Source: Candidatus Hydrothermarchaeota archaeon (GTDB lineage: Archaea > CAYFZR01). Taken from it: 62,910 nt of DNA. The number at the start of each line of letters is the position of its first letter. Position 1 is the first letter of the stretch. The notes beneath the pieces were generated by a model that saw nothing but the letters and a program-made list of their open reading frames with translations, was not told where the DNA came from and made no database searches. The translations under genes were made by a program, and so were the position numbers. Where the stretch lies: positions 1 to 62,910 of the forward strand of contig JBHIEG010000012.1 in the NCBI GenBank assembly GCA_046760505.1, read 5' to 3'. Positions 37,745 through 47,180 of the stretch are shown here, piece after piece.

Positions 37745-38901
37745 ATCTCCACCTTCTTCACGTGTACGATTTTTCCGCCCTTGAACTTCCAGAGCTCAAA
37801 GTCTCCGGCAACGTCTCCATTCTCATCAAATGTACAAGGTCCTGAGGCTCCATTGTATTCCTTACTTACTTCTATCAGAACATCCCTTATTGCTCTTCCT
37901 TTTGTGTCCTTCGCCTTCTCCATGGCAAGCGCAATGAGCCAGGTAGCGTCGTAGGCATTAGCAGCATATATACCGGGTGGTGCACCAAATTCCTTTTCGA
38001 AAGCGCTTGCAAATGACTCGTACTGTGGGCTCGCAGGTGGCAATGGAGCGGTTCCAACCATACCTTCGACTAGATCTGCTCCTAAATTTTTTGCGAGAGT
38101 CTCGTCTTTGAGACCTTCCGCGAGGATCCACTGAGCGGTAATTCCCATTTCTTTAGCCTGCTTCAGTATCACAGACCCGTATTCTGGATATCCCGTAAAG
38201 ATTAGAGCCTCTGGATTGCCAGATATGAGTTTCTCTAATTCTGATCTGTAGGATGCCTGACCAGGATTGTATGCAACTCCGATTAAAAACTCTAAGTTAT
38301 ACATGGGCGCATTTTCTTTGATAACATCGTTCATTGCCACTCCATAATCGTTGTTTATGTAAATATGCGCTACCTTCTTGTATCCCATGTCAGAGGCAAC
38401 TTTTGCGAGAACCTTGCCCTGGAAAGCATCAGAGGCGCATGTTCTGAAGAAGTATCCGCCATCGTCAGCGGTCGTTATCAGAGGTGATGTAGAAGATGGC
38501 GAAATCATTACTACCTCGTTATCCCTGCCAATCGGGATTATTGCTAGAGATTCACTGCTAGCCATGGCGCCTACAACAGCCGGTACTTTATTTACATTCA
38601 CGAGCTTATTCATTGCCTTTACAGCGCCTTCCGGAGTTGTTCCAGCATCTTCATGTATTAGCTCAAAGGTTTTTCCAAGAACTCCTCCCTTCTCATTTAT
38701 CTGCTTGGCTGCTAAATCAGTGCCTTGCTGTATAGGTAAACCTAAAGTACCAAGATCTCCGGTTAAATCTAATATGGTGCCCACTTGTATGGTCTCTGGT
38801 TTGGTAGGCTGGATACAGCCTAGGTTTAGAGCGGTTACGTAAGCGCCAGCCAGAACTGTGTACCTCAAAAATGTACGCCTATCCATCCACTCCCCATTCA
38901 T
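37741..38901 (-). CDS. Liv-type ABC substrate-binding lipoprotein (Tat signal)
   Basis: DRRTFL twin-arginine motif, LGC lipobox, INEKGGVLG, FFRT..SD..QG and AYDA motifs; convergent with livF, stops overlapping. Confidence 0.92.
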   Translation of the reverse strand: MNGEWMDRRTFLRYTVLAGAYVTALNLGCIQPTKPETIQVGTILDLTGDLGTLGLPIQQGTDLAAKQINEKGGVLGKTFELIHEDAGTTPEGAVKAMNKLVNVNKVPAVVGAMASSESLAIIPIGRDNEVVMISPSSTSPLITTADDGGYFFRTCASDAFQGKVLAKVASDMGYKKVAHIYINNDYGVAMNDVIKENAPMYNLEFLIGVAYNPGQASYRSELEKLISGNPEALIFTGYPEYGSVILKQAKEMGITAQWILAEGLKDETLAKNLGADLVEGMVGTAPLPPASPQYESFASAFEKEFGAPPGIYAANAYDATWLIALAMEKAKDTKGRAIRDVLIEVSKEYNGASGPCTFDENGDVAGDFELWKFKGGKIVHVKKVEI

Positions 38902-38959
38902 AAAATCACCAAAAGATCTGTAATGAATAAAATATATAATTCTTTTGTAATCTTAACAA

Positions 38960-39604
38960 CTATCTCAACTTCTCAAATTGAATTTTCCCGCTTCTTAAAT
39001 TAATGGTAGCAAACTGAAATCCTACCATAGGTCCTGGATTTATGATTAGGGTATCTTTAATCTCATCTTTCCCTCTGGATTCATGTATGTGTCCACAGAA
39101 ATTATAGGAAGGGGATAATCTCTCTATATACTTCCTTATTGCGATACTTCCTACGTGAAGGCCGCTCCAAGTCTTATCCACTTTAGTATCTCTGGGAGGT
39201 GCATGAGTTACGAGGATGAAGTTTTCTTTTTTATCCAAGAGAGATTCCAATCTTATTTCTATCTCGCTTTCATCCATCTCAAATGGAGTTGAAAAGGGAG
39301 TTAAGTTAGAGCCTCCCAGGCCCAAAAATTTTATGTCGTCTATTTCAACTATTTTTTCATGCAGATTTACTCCCAGTTTTTCTAAAATATTTACGGATTC
39401 TACTGGATCGCAATTTCCGGGAATTGCAAGTATATTGTCGTTTACCTCCATTAGGTTACGAACGTATCTCTCAACCTCCACTGGTCTGCCAAAGTCCGTT
39501 ATGTCTCCCAAGATTAATATTAAATCAAATTCTCCCAACCTTGATTTGATGAGATCATAGGCTCTTTTTTTAGCGTGAAGGTCCGCAAGCAATAAAACAT
39601 TCAT
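38960..39604 (-). CDS. Metallophosphoesterase (Icc-related, calcineurin-like)
   Basis: DLH, GDITDFG, PGNCD, THAPP and CGHIHE motifs. Confidence 0.9.
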   Translation of the reverse strand: MNVLLLADLHAKKRAYDLIKSRLGEFDLILILGDITDFGRPVEVERYVRNLMEVNDNILAIPGNCDPVESVNILEKLGVNLHEKIVEIDDIKFLGLGGSNLTPFSTPFEMDESEIEIRLESLLDKKENFILVTHAPPRDTKVDKTWSGLHVGSIAIRKYIERLSPSYNFCGHIHESRGKDEIKDTLIINPGPMVGFQFATINLRSGKIQFEKLR

Positions 39605-39643
39605 GATGTCATTGTTTTTTTCTTACATTAAATTTTTATGCTG

Positions 39644-39686
39644 GGTAAAGGTTAAATACATGTAAATTACATGTAAAAAACATGAA
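39644..39686 (+). promoter_or_regulatory. BRE/TATA promoter overlapped by phased TACATGTA palindromes (putative RHH operator)
   Basis: GGTAAAG-GTTAAATA, then TACATGTA at 39657 and 39668 and AACATGAA at 39679; exact 11-bp period; the last copy covers the ATG. Confidence 0.65.
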
Positions 39687-40401
39687 ATACATTCAGGCAG
39701 TACTCTCGGACGAGGAATACGAAGAATTTGTTTATATGGCCAAGAATTTAGGCTTAAATATAAAGGATGCGGTAAAAGAATCCATAAAAGCATGGATAGA
39801 GCAGAGAGGAAAGGTTTTCATAAGAGGAGTTGGAGAGGAAGTATTCTCTCATCCAGCATTTGAAGAATGGCACGAATTTTTTATCAAGGAATACAAACCT
39901 CCCGCAAGGAAAATTCTTCTATTTCACAACTGCACATGGGGGAAGCCATACCATGAAGCTTGGATATTCAGAGAAATGGAAAAATCAGTATACGAGGTTC
40001 TTGATCCAAATGAGGTTCATTTCGTTGTTTTAAGTTCAGCAGGTGTAATACCAAGAGAATATTGGGATTACTGGCCTTTTTGCTCGTATGATTCAGATCC
40101 CTGGCAGTTCACCCCCGAGGACCGTAAGGCCTTCATAAGAATAAACTCAAAAAGAGTGGAGAACTACCTTTCAAAGCATTCTGAGAGTTACAAATGCATG
40201 GTAGCATACTTCCCTCTAGGAGACTGTGCAAGAGAAAGCGTAAGAATAGGTCTGGAAAGGTCGAGATGTAAACTCCCTTTTTACGAGGTTCCTGATATCC
40301 ATCCATTCGAAGATAGAAGGGACGAAGATTATTACGCTTGTCTTGCATCAGAAGAGGCCTTGCTACAACTAAAGAACATTTTGAGGAAATTAAATGATTG
40401 A
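39682..40401 (+). CDS. RHH DNA-binding domain fused to an ArcS-like DUF5591 domain
   Basis: N-terminal MKYIQAVLSDEEYEEF...AK..G.NIKDAVKESIKAWI (RHH pattern); HP.FEEW, ILLFHNCTWGKPY and VHFVVLSSAGVIPRE...P...YD as in archaeosine synthase. Confidence 0.78.
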   Translation: MKYIQAVLSDEEYEEFVYMAKNLGLNIKDAVKESIKAWIEQRGKVFIRGVGEEVFSHPAFEEWHEFFIKEYKPPARKILLFHNCTWGKPYHEAWIFREMEKSVYEVLDPNEVHFVVLSSAGVIPREYWDYWPFCSYDSDPWQFTPEDRKAFIRINSKRVENYLSKHSESYKCMVAYFPLGDCARESVRIGLERSRCKLPFYEVPDIHPFEDRRDEDYYACLASEEALLQLKNILRKLND

Positions 40402-41086
40402 GAATCTGATTTCATGGATACTTTTAACCTTGGGAGTTGTAGCCATATCAGCCATCTTTGCTGAAATTTACGGTGTAGAGATAGCCATAGGGGTTTTTGC
40501 AGCCCTAACCGTTATAGCAAATGTATTGGCCTTTAAGATAGTAAATTTTGCAATTTTTTCCGTTCCTTCAGCAGTAATAATCTATGCCTCAACGTTTCTC
40601 ATGACAGATATAGTGGGAGAAAGATTTGGGAAAAAATACGCGAGAAATGCTGTATGGTCAGGATTTATTGCCAATTTAATATACGTTTTAGCGGCTACAA
40701 TAGCAGTAAAATGGGAGCCTGCTCCTTTTATGTCGGCCGATAGCGTTTTAGCCTTTGACAAAGTTTTAGGATTTGCTCCAAGAGTTGTTTTTGCTTCTAT
40801 GGTTGCATACTTAATAAGCCAGCATCATGATGTTTTTGCATTTCACTGGTGGAAGGAGAAAACGAAGGGAAAGCACCTGTGGCTTAGAAATAACGCATCT
40901 ACCATGGTTTCTCAAGCAATAGATACAACAATTTTTATTACCCTTGCATTCTATGGCTCCATGCCCTTGTTACCCATGATAATTGGACAATATACGGTAA
41001 AGGTTCTCATAGCAATGATAGATACGCCATTCATTTATGCCGTCAATTTTCTCGCTGATTATGCGGTAAGGAGTGCAAAAGTATAA
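40394..41086 (+). CDS. yhhQ: Queuosine/7-deazaguanine precursor transporter (YhhQ/VUT family)
   Basis: ANVLA.K, TFL.TD...E.FG, RV..AS..AYL.SQ..DV, LWLRNN.ST..SQ.IDT.IF and DTPF.Y motifs. Confidence 0.93.
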   Translation: MIENLISWILLTLGVVAISAIFAEIYGVEIAIGVFAALTVIANVLAFKIVNFAIFSVPSAVIIYASTFLMTDIVGERFGKKYARNAVWSGFIANLIYVLAATIAVKWEPAPFMSADSVLAFDKVLGFAPRVVFASMVAYLISQHHDVFAFHWWKEKTKGKHLWLRNNASTMVSQAIDTTIFITLAFYGSMPLLPMIIGQYTVKVLIAMIDTPFIYAVNFLADYAVRSAKV

Positions 41087-41123
41087 AGGACTTGAGATTT
41101 TAACTTATACTCCTGAAATTAAT

Positions 41124-41264
41124 TTATGCTCCCTGAAATCTTTCGAAAGTCTTCTTTCTCATGAAAGGTTCTCTCAATATGTTCAATATATTTGGCCAGA
41201 GTTCTTTGTTTTTATGTTTAACTCTCCTCACCCTATATAAACCGTATTTTCTCCTTCTAAACAA
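41124..41264 (-). CDS. Putative 46-aa highly basic microprotein (absent from the ORF track)
   Basis: GGTGA SD then TTG; MFRRRKYGLYRVRRVKHKNKELWPNILNILREPFMRKKTFERFQGA. Confidence 0.35.
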   Translation of the reverse strand: MFRRRKYGLYRVRRVKHKNKELWPNILNILREPFMRKKTFERFQGA

Positions 41265-41424
41265 ATCTTCACCCAAACAAAATTAATTTTGGAACTATTA
41301 TTTAATTATTTCCTTTAATATCTGATTTTTTATGACGTGCGTCTGACAGAATTGGCTAATTAAAAAAATTAAAGTTTTGAAATCTTGCAAAAGATTTTTG
41401 TTAGGAGAACGATTTATTTTTTAC

Positions 41425-42165
41425 ATGGAAGTGAATGTACTTTCACCGGATGAAAGGAAAGTGTTAAAAAAAATATTGTTGTTGAGGCGCATTGAAGAGT
41501 ACCTGACAAAGAATTTTCCAGATCTTGCATTGGACGAGAAAAAAGAGAAAGTTATGGAACTTTTTCTTTCTATAGAGGCACTATATCCTGAACTTGAGAT
41601 TCAACTAAGTTGTGAGTCGTCTTTAGATCTCCATAGATCATATGTGCAGCTTGAAATGTATTCTAGGATATACACTGACATGATAAGTCCTGCGGACGAA
41701 AAAACGGTTGAATCCCTGTTGAAAAAGATTAAAGAATACACATGCCTGCCAGAGTTTAAAGATCTTGGAGATATCATAAAAAACTTAGACAAGATCTCAG
41801 GCAGGGAAGTAGTTGTGGAAGAAAAGGAAATAAAGGTTCCTGTGAAAGAGGAGATTTTCCTACTTCCGGAAACTAAAAAGAGCTTGGAAGAATTTTTTCA
41901 TAATGAAATCATAAGAAAGGAGTTCTTATTAGAAATTGACCCTAAAATCAAAATTACTTTAAGCAAAATAATTGAGGAATACCTTGACAGATTCATAGAG
42001 GTTAGTGAAGAAGCCGCAATAAAATCAATTGAATATGGGCATCTTCAAGGTACAAATAAGGCTTACAACAAGCACATCGAGGAAAAGGTAAGGTCAAGCA
42101 TAAGCTGGTTGGTTAGGAACGATATAATAATTGAAGAAATTCTAGAAAGATTAAATAAAAAATAA
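41425..42165 (+). CDS. Hypothetical helical protein (possible histone-fold-like C-terminal part)
   Basis: Long ORF with typical composition; start placed at ATG 41425 downstream of AGGAG. Confidence 0.7.
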   Translation: MEVNVLSPDERKVLKKILLLRRIEEYLTKNFPDLALDEKKEKVMELFLSIEALYPELEIQLSCESSLDLHRSYVQLEMYSRIYTDMISPADEKTVESLLKKIKEYTCLPEFKDLGDIIKNLDKISGREVVVEEKEIKVPVKEEIFLLPETKKSLEEFFHNEIIRKEFLLEIDPKIKITLSKIIEEYLDRFIEVSEEAAIKSIEYGHLQGTNKAYNKHIEEKVRSSISWLVRNDIIIEEILERLNKK

Positions 42166-42176
42166 AGAAATGTCCC

Positions 42177-43196
42177 TTAAGAAATAATCCCCATGGATCT
42201 GTCAGTTTTTTCTATGGATTTTTTTCCATCTTTTTCTATTTCTAACATTGCTCTTATTGCATCTATGTTTTCAGGAACTACGTCTGATTCTTGGTGAACT
42301 GCCTGATAGAAGTAGATTGTATCGTCTTTTATATGCACACTGTCTCTCCAGATCGGTATCTCATATAAATCATACCTAGGTCTACCCAAATCTCTTGAGA
42401 ACTCATGGATCTGAGAAGTACTTGTTATGCCGGATTTTCCATCTACCAGAATTATCCTTGGTGTTCTTTCGAATGCTTCTATTATTTCTTCTTCTCCTAC
42501 TTTACCTTTAATGTCAACCATTACGCAATGCAAGTGCATTATAGTTGTTGGAACCGCAACTGCCATGGTGGATATATTGATGTGGGGCATTACAGTTTGC
42601 ACGTCTGGACCATGGTGAGATGGAACATGAAGCACAGGGACTATTGCATTTATAGGGCCTTTTTTAGAGTCCCATGGATCTGTTGCTCTTCTAACCATCA
42701 CCGCCTTAACCTTATCAATCTCCACTACTTTTTCTATTGCATAGAGACTTCTGCACAGACCAGTTGTATTGCATGAAACCACCCTGACGAAATCCCTTCC
42801 AATTGCCCCATCGTAGTTACATAGGGCATTGAAAGAAAATCCTGCGACTTCATGCTCTTCTCCTCCTTGAAAAATAGCCTTTATTCCTGCTTTCTCATAC
42901 ATCGGCTTATTTTTAGCCCCTATACCGCCTGGTGTACAGTCCACGATGAGATCTACCTCATTTACCAAGTCTTCAACCAATCCTCCAACCTCAATTCCTG
43001 CATCCTTGAATAATTTTTCGTTTTCTTTTGAATCCGCGTACAGGGCATAGCCCTTATTGATTGCAAATCGAGCGCTAAAATCTGGTTTTCTTTTAGCAAC
43101 GCCGATTACTTCCATATCATCTTGAATTGCAACTGCATCCGCGACTCTTTTGCCTATGGTTCCGTATCCATTAACGCCTATCTTCACTTTAGCCAT
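42177..43196 (-). CDS. gap: Archaeal (type II) glyceraldehyde-3-phosphate dehydrogenase
   Basis: [29 protein letters not shown] and [12 protein letters not shown] motifs. Confidence 0.97.
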   Translation of the reverse strand: MAKVKIGVNGYGTIGKRVADAVAIQDDMEVIGVAKRKPDFSARFAINKGYALYADSKENEKLFKDAGIEVGGLVEDLVNEVDLIVDCTPGGIGAKNKPMYEKAGIKAIFQGGEEHEVAGFSFNALCNYDGAIGRDFVRVVSCNTTGLCRSLYAIEKVVEIDKVKAVMVRRATDPWDSKKGPINAIVPVLHVPSHHGPDVQTVMPHINISTMAVAVPTTIMHLHCVMVDIKGKVGEEEIIEAFERTPRIILVDGKSGITSTSQIHEFSRDLGRPRYDLYEIPIWRDSVHIKDDTIYFYQAVHQESDVVPENIDAIRAMLEIEKDGKKSIEKTDRSMGIIS

Positions 43197-43208
43197 TATA
43201 TCACCTCT

Positions 43209-44429
43209 CTAAATTTTTTTTGCGGATTCTTTAAGAACTTCCAACGCAGGGAGTTTATCTCCAATTAAAAAAGAAATTAATGCCTTCCCCCCTGTACTCA
43301 TGTAGTCAACCTTATCAGCGAAACCAAACTTTTCAATGGCTGAGATGAGATGGCCTCCTCCAACTATTGAGAAACTTTGTGATTTTGAAATAACCTCGAG
43401 TAACCTCTTGGTTCCTATATCAGATCCTTGGTGCTCAAAAACTCCGGCCGGACCATTCCATACTGTTATTTTTGCATCTCTTACAATTTCTGAGTATTTC
43501 TCAATGGTAATAGACCCTATGTCATATATGGGATATGATACTGGGCATTCCTCCAATGTAACTTCTTCTCTCACCCCATTTTTAAATATTGCAAAATCTA
43601 ATGGGACTTTTATCTTTTCTCCATAGCGAAGAAGAAGTTTTTTAGTTTGATTTACCAGTTCAGGAGAAGTTTTATCTTGAATTAATTTTACACATGGATC
43701 GCCCAGTTCATGTCCTTTCAGATGATTTAAGAAAATTCCAACCAAGCCTAGAGTGAGGACCTGATCAACCACATCTTGCTTTAAAAGGCTTTCAATCAAT
43801 CTTATGGAGTCTTCTACCTTTATTCCCCCGAGAAGAAATATCGCTGGTCTTTCCCCCTTCACTTTACTTAACGTCTTAATTTCCATTTCCATAACTCTTC
43901 CTATGCAAGAGGGCAATACAAGCGGAAATCCAACCAGAGAAGGATGAGATCTATGTGCAGATGCGAATGCATCGTTTATGAAACAGTCTGCAAGCGGAAA
44001 GAGCCTTTGAACCAAGTATGTCCTTGCTTGATCTTCAGGGGGTTTATCCAAAACTTCTTCGGAGCAAAATCTGAGATTTTCAAGAAGAAGAATATCACCT
44101 TCTTTTAACTTTTTAATTGCTTCTCTCGAAGAAGATCCCATAACTTCGTCTACAAATTTCACCTCTCTTCCAAGAATTTCACTAAGTCTCTCTGAATGTT
44201 CTTCCAAGGATAAGAATTCTGGATCGCCTGGTCTCCCTTGATGCGACATTACAACCAATTTTGTGTCATCAAGATCGGAAATTGTCTTAGAATGATTTTT
44301 TATCCGTCTATCATCTGCTATTTTCTTTGATTTAACATCTATGGGGCAGTTTATATCTACCCTACAATATACTGTCTTGCCCTTAAGATCGAAATCATCT
44401 ATCGTCAAAAATTCAGATATCAAACTCAA
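43209..44429 (-). CDS. pgk: Phosphoglycerate kinase
   Basis: RVD.N.P, SHQGRPG, LLENLRF, NDAF..AHR, NGP.GVFE, GGGH and STGG motifs. Confidence 0.96.
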   Translation of the reverse strand: MSLISEFLTIDDFDLKGKTVYCRVDINCPIDVKSKKIADDRRIKNHSKTISDLDDTKLVVMSHQGRPGDPEFLSLEEHSERLSEILGREVKFVDEVMGSSSREAIKKLKEGDILLLENLRFCSEEVLDKPPEDQARTYLVQRLFPLADCFINDAFASAHRSHPSLVGFPLVLPSCIGRVMEMEIKTLSKVKGERPAIFLLGGIKVEDSIRLIESLLKQDVVDQVLTLGLVGIFLNHLKGHELGDPCVKLIQDKTSPELVNQTKKLLLRYGEKIKVPLDFAIFKNGVREEVTLEECPVSYPIYDIGSITIEKYSEIVRDAKITVWNGPAGVFEHQGSDIGTKRLLEVISKSQSFSIVGGGHLISAIEKFGFADKVDYMSTGGKALISFLIGDKLPALEVLKESAKKI

Positions 44430-44437
44430 GCCTCAAT

Positions 44438-44662
44438 CTACTCTGTCTCACCTTTTGATTCTTCTTTCTCAGGTTTAGATATCTTGTAATCTTCATAGCT
44501 TAGCCAGGCAAAACCCAATCCAGCGAATATCAATATTAAACCAAAGGTTCCAGCAAAAACAACCCATAATGACTTAAAAAAGCGGATGTACCAAATTATA
44601 CCAGCCAAGAAAACCAAAACTCCGACAGCGGTTTTAACTAGATTCTTTGTCTCCTCCTTCAA
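44438..44662 (-). CDS. Small membrane protein (2 TM)
   Basis: GGAGGTGG SD; two hydrophobic helices; first gene of the pgk-gap run. Confidence 0.75.
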   Translation of the reverse strand: MKEETKNLVKTAVGVLVFLAGIIWYIRFFKSLWVVFAGTFGLILIFAGLGFAWLSYEDYKISKPEKEESKGETE

Positions 44663-44987
44663 ACCACCACCTCCTTACAATAACTCGAAGTTGAGCAGAT
44701 AAATTTTTCTCCTGAACTATGATGTCAAGCAGTAACTCTCTCTTGGAATTGTTTTAATGAACAATAGCCGAAAAGATATCTAAATAGATCCGGCTATGCT
44801 ATATTATAGTCCTATCGTTATTAGAATCCTTTTAAATTCGCTAGACAAATTTGGTAAAATCGCATCAAATATGTACTCCAGTTTATTTGTAGTTTTCACC
44901 ATAATAACAGAAAATATAGCCGCAAATTTGTATACAGAGATTATATCTAGTTTTATTAACATAAATTTTATTGTAACAGGAATTCAA

Positions 44988-45812
44988 ATGAAGGATAAAA
45001 CTTTGAGTCTAGAGCAACTTCAATTAATAGAAGAGTATGCAAACTGTTTTGATGTAGTAGTGAATTTGCCTGAGTTCCTTTACGCTAAATATCAACTGAA
45101 AGACTTAAATACTCTTATCAGAAAAATCGGAAAAGATCTAAGAATCCATTTATCTACTGGTAGAAATTCAAAAGAGATAGAAAAAAGAATTTCAGAAGCA
45201 ATAGAAGATGTTAGATTGAGAAGAGAAGATTTTGGAGCATATGAGGTTGTTCCTTATTTCAGCAGAAAAATTCTATTCAAGTTATTGAAACTTCATAGGA
45301 AGGCTTTAGACACTGCTATAATTTCAGTATTGTGCAGAGAAGGAATTTTGAAGATATTTAAAGAGGATGCAGACTCTATAAAAAGTAAAATATGGTTGGG
45401 TCTAGAGTTGGACATGTTCTCTATGTTAGGCGGTATACAGGTAATCAACGACGAAATATTTACCAGAGAGATAATAGAGAAGATATCAAAAGAATGCGTC
45501 CATGCATTGTACCAAAAGATTCAAAGAGGTTCTTTCATAAAAAAAGAGAAGGAACGACTACTGAGACAAATTCTAGGCATGTATGATTTTAAACACAAGG
45601 TCGGTTTTTATGGCTTAGATCAAGATCTCTGGCGCTTTTTTACCGTAATAGAAGCGAAACGATTGCTTGGTGTTAATGGAGAATTCGTACACGATTTAAT
45701 AGAACTCTCTGTGTTATTGAGGAAGTTAGAGATATTGAGAAGAACCGAATACTTTCCTCCAGATTACGAAGAATATGCTTCTGAATGGGCAGGAAAAATC
45801 ACTTCTTCTTGA
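44988..45812 (+). CDS. Hypothetical protein
   Basis: Long ORF; the first 64 codons in the ORF track look non-coding, so the start is placed at ATG 44988 after AGGA. Confidence 0.7.
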   Translation: MKDKTLSLEQLQLIEEYANCFDVVVNLPEFLYAKYQLKDLNTLIRKIGKDLRIHLSTGRNSKEIEKRISEAIEDVRLRREDFGAYEVVPYFSRKILFKLLKLHRKALDTAIISVLCREGILKIFKEDADSIKSKIWLGLELDMFSMLGGIQVINDEIFTREIIEKISKECVHALYQKIQRGSFIKKEKERLLRQILGMYDFKHKVGFYGLDQDLWRFFTVIEAKRLLGVNGEFVHDLIELSVLLRKLEILRRTEYFPPDYEEYASEWAGKITSS

Positions 45813-46236
45813 AGAATAACCAATTTTTCTCTCCTTTGAATCTAATCAGAACATATCTGCCTTTCATCTTTTTACCTTTCAATTTAAAGATTATCCTGTC
45901 CTTCAGTTTTTCCTCTAGTTCGTATGTACCGGTATCCCAAATTTCAACGGATCCTGCTCCGTAATGACCTTCAGGTATTTTACCCTCGAATTCAGCATAG
46001 GAAACAGGATGATCCTCTGTTTCAATGGCTAATCTCTTTACTCCCGGATCGTTAGGTGGTTCTTTGGGTAATGCCCAGCTTTTTAACACTCCATCGATCT
46101 CTAATCTAAGATCGTAATGCGATTTGCGTGCATCATGTTTTTGAATAACGAATATTCTATCCCGAGTTAGATTTCCCTCTTTAGGCTCTGGAGTCATAGA
46201 AAAATCTCTTTTTCTCCAGTATTCATTCAATTTCAT
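45799..46236 (-). CDS. Stand-alone LigD 3'-phosphoesterase (PE) domain protein
   Basis: Y..KRDF..TPEP, FVIQKH.AR..HYDLRLE, LKSWA.PK, RLA..TEDHP..Y..FEG and YGAG.V.IWD motifs. Confidence 0.93.
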   Translation of the reverse strand: MKLNEYWRKRDFSMTPEPKEGNLTRDRIFVIQKHDARKSHYDLRLEIDGVLKSWALPKEPPNDPGVKRLAIETEDHPVSYAEFEGKIPEGHYGAGSVEIWDTGTYELEEKLKDRIIFKLKGKKMKGRYVLIRFKGEKNWLFFKKK

Positions 46237-46322
46237 CTAATCTCCTCTCTTAAAGAATCTGCCCAACATATATTTACGTATTGACCAATAGTTCTTTTGA
46301 ACCAACTTAAAGAGATGCTAAT

Positions 46323-47180
46323 ATGTTCTTAAGAAAACACTCAGAAGAAAGTCATGAGGAGCCAATTGAATCAAAGATTCGTGAAAATCTGAAAAATATC
46401 AAACACAAGCTTTTGGTTATGAGTGGAAAAGGAGGTGTAGGAAAAAGCACCGTAGCAGCCAATCTCTCTTTTATTCTTTCATTGAAAGGATATGAAGTAG
46501 GTTTACTTGACGTAGATATCCATGGACCAAGCATACCCAAGATGCTGGGAATAGAAGAAGAATCCCTTCTTCCTACTGAATCTGGTCTTGTCCCTGTTTT
46601 AATTCCTCCTAAACTAAAGGTAGTCTCCATGGGTCTTTTGGTTCACGATAGAGATGCTCCTTTCGTTTGGAGGGGAGCTGCAAAGATGGAGATGATAAAA
46701 CAATTTCTGGGAGAGATTCACTGGGGAAAACTGGATTACATGATAATTGATCTTCCACCGGGGACTGGAGATGAGCCAATAAGCATAGCACAACTGATAC
46801 CAAGATGCGACGGAGTGATAGTGGTTACTACTCCTCAAGAAGTCGCATTACTAAGCGTGAGAAAATCAATAAACTTCGCTAAGAGATTAAAGTTTCCGAT
46901 CATTGGAATAATAGAGAATATGAGCGGTTTTGTTTGCCCCCACTGTTCTGAGAATATAGATCTCTTTAAAAGTGGAGGAGCAGAAAAAGCAGCGAAAGAT
47001 TTCAACATACCTTTCTTGGGAAAAATTCCTTTCGATCCAAAGATCGTTGAAACAGGAGATGAAGGGAATCCTTTCGTTCTAGAATACAAAGATTCCCAAG
47101 TTACAAAATCTTTTGAAGATGTAGTTGAAAAAATAGAGAATATCGTTACGAGAAAAAAGTACATGAAGTTCTGGAAGTAA
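46323..47180 (+). CDS. mrp: Mrp/ApbC/NBP35 Fe-S cluster carrier ATPase
   Basis: SGKGGVGKST, DIHGPSIP, DLPPGTGD, TTPQ and ENMS...CPHC motifs. Confidence 0.95.
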   Translation: MFLRKHSEESHEEPIESKIRENLKNIKHKLLVMSGKGGVGKSTVAANLSFILSLKGYEVGLLDVDIHGPSIPKMLGIEEESLLPTESGLVPVLIPPKLKVVSMGLLVHDRDAPFVWRGAAKMEMIKQFLGEIHWGKLDYMIIDLPPGTGDEPISIAQLIPRCDGVIVVTTPQEVALLSVRKSINFAKRLKFPIIGIIENMSGFVCPHCSENIDLFKSGGAEKAAKDFNIPFLGKIPFDPKIVETGDEGNPFVLEYKDSQVTKSFEDVVEKIENIVTRKKYMKFWK

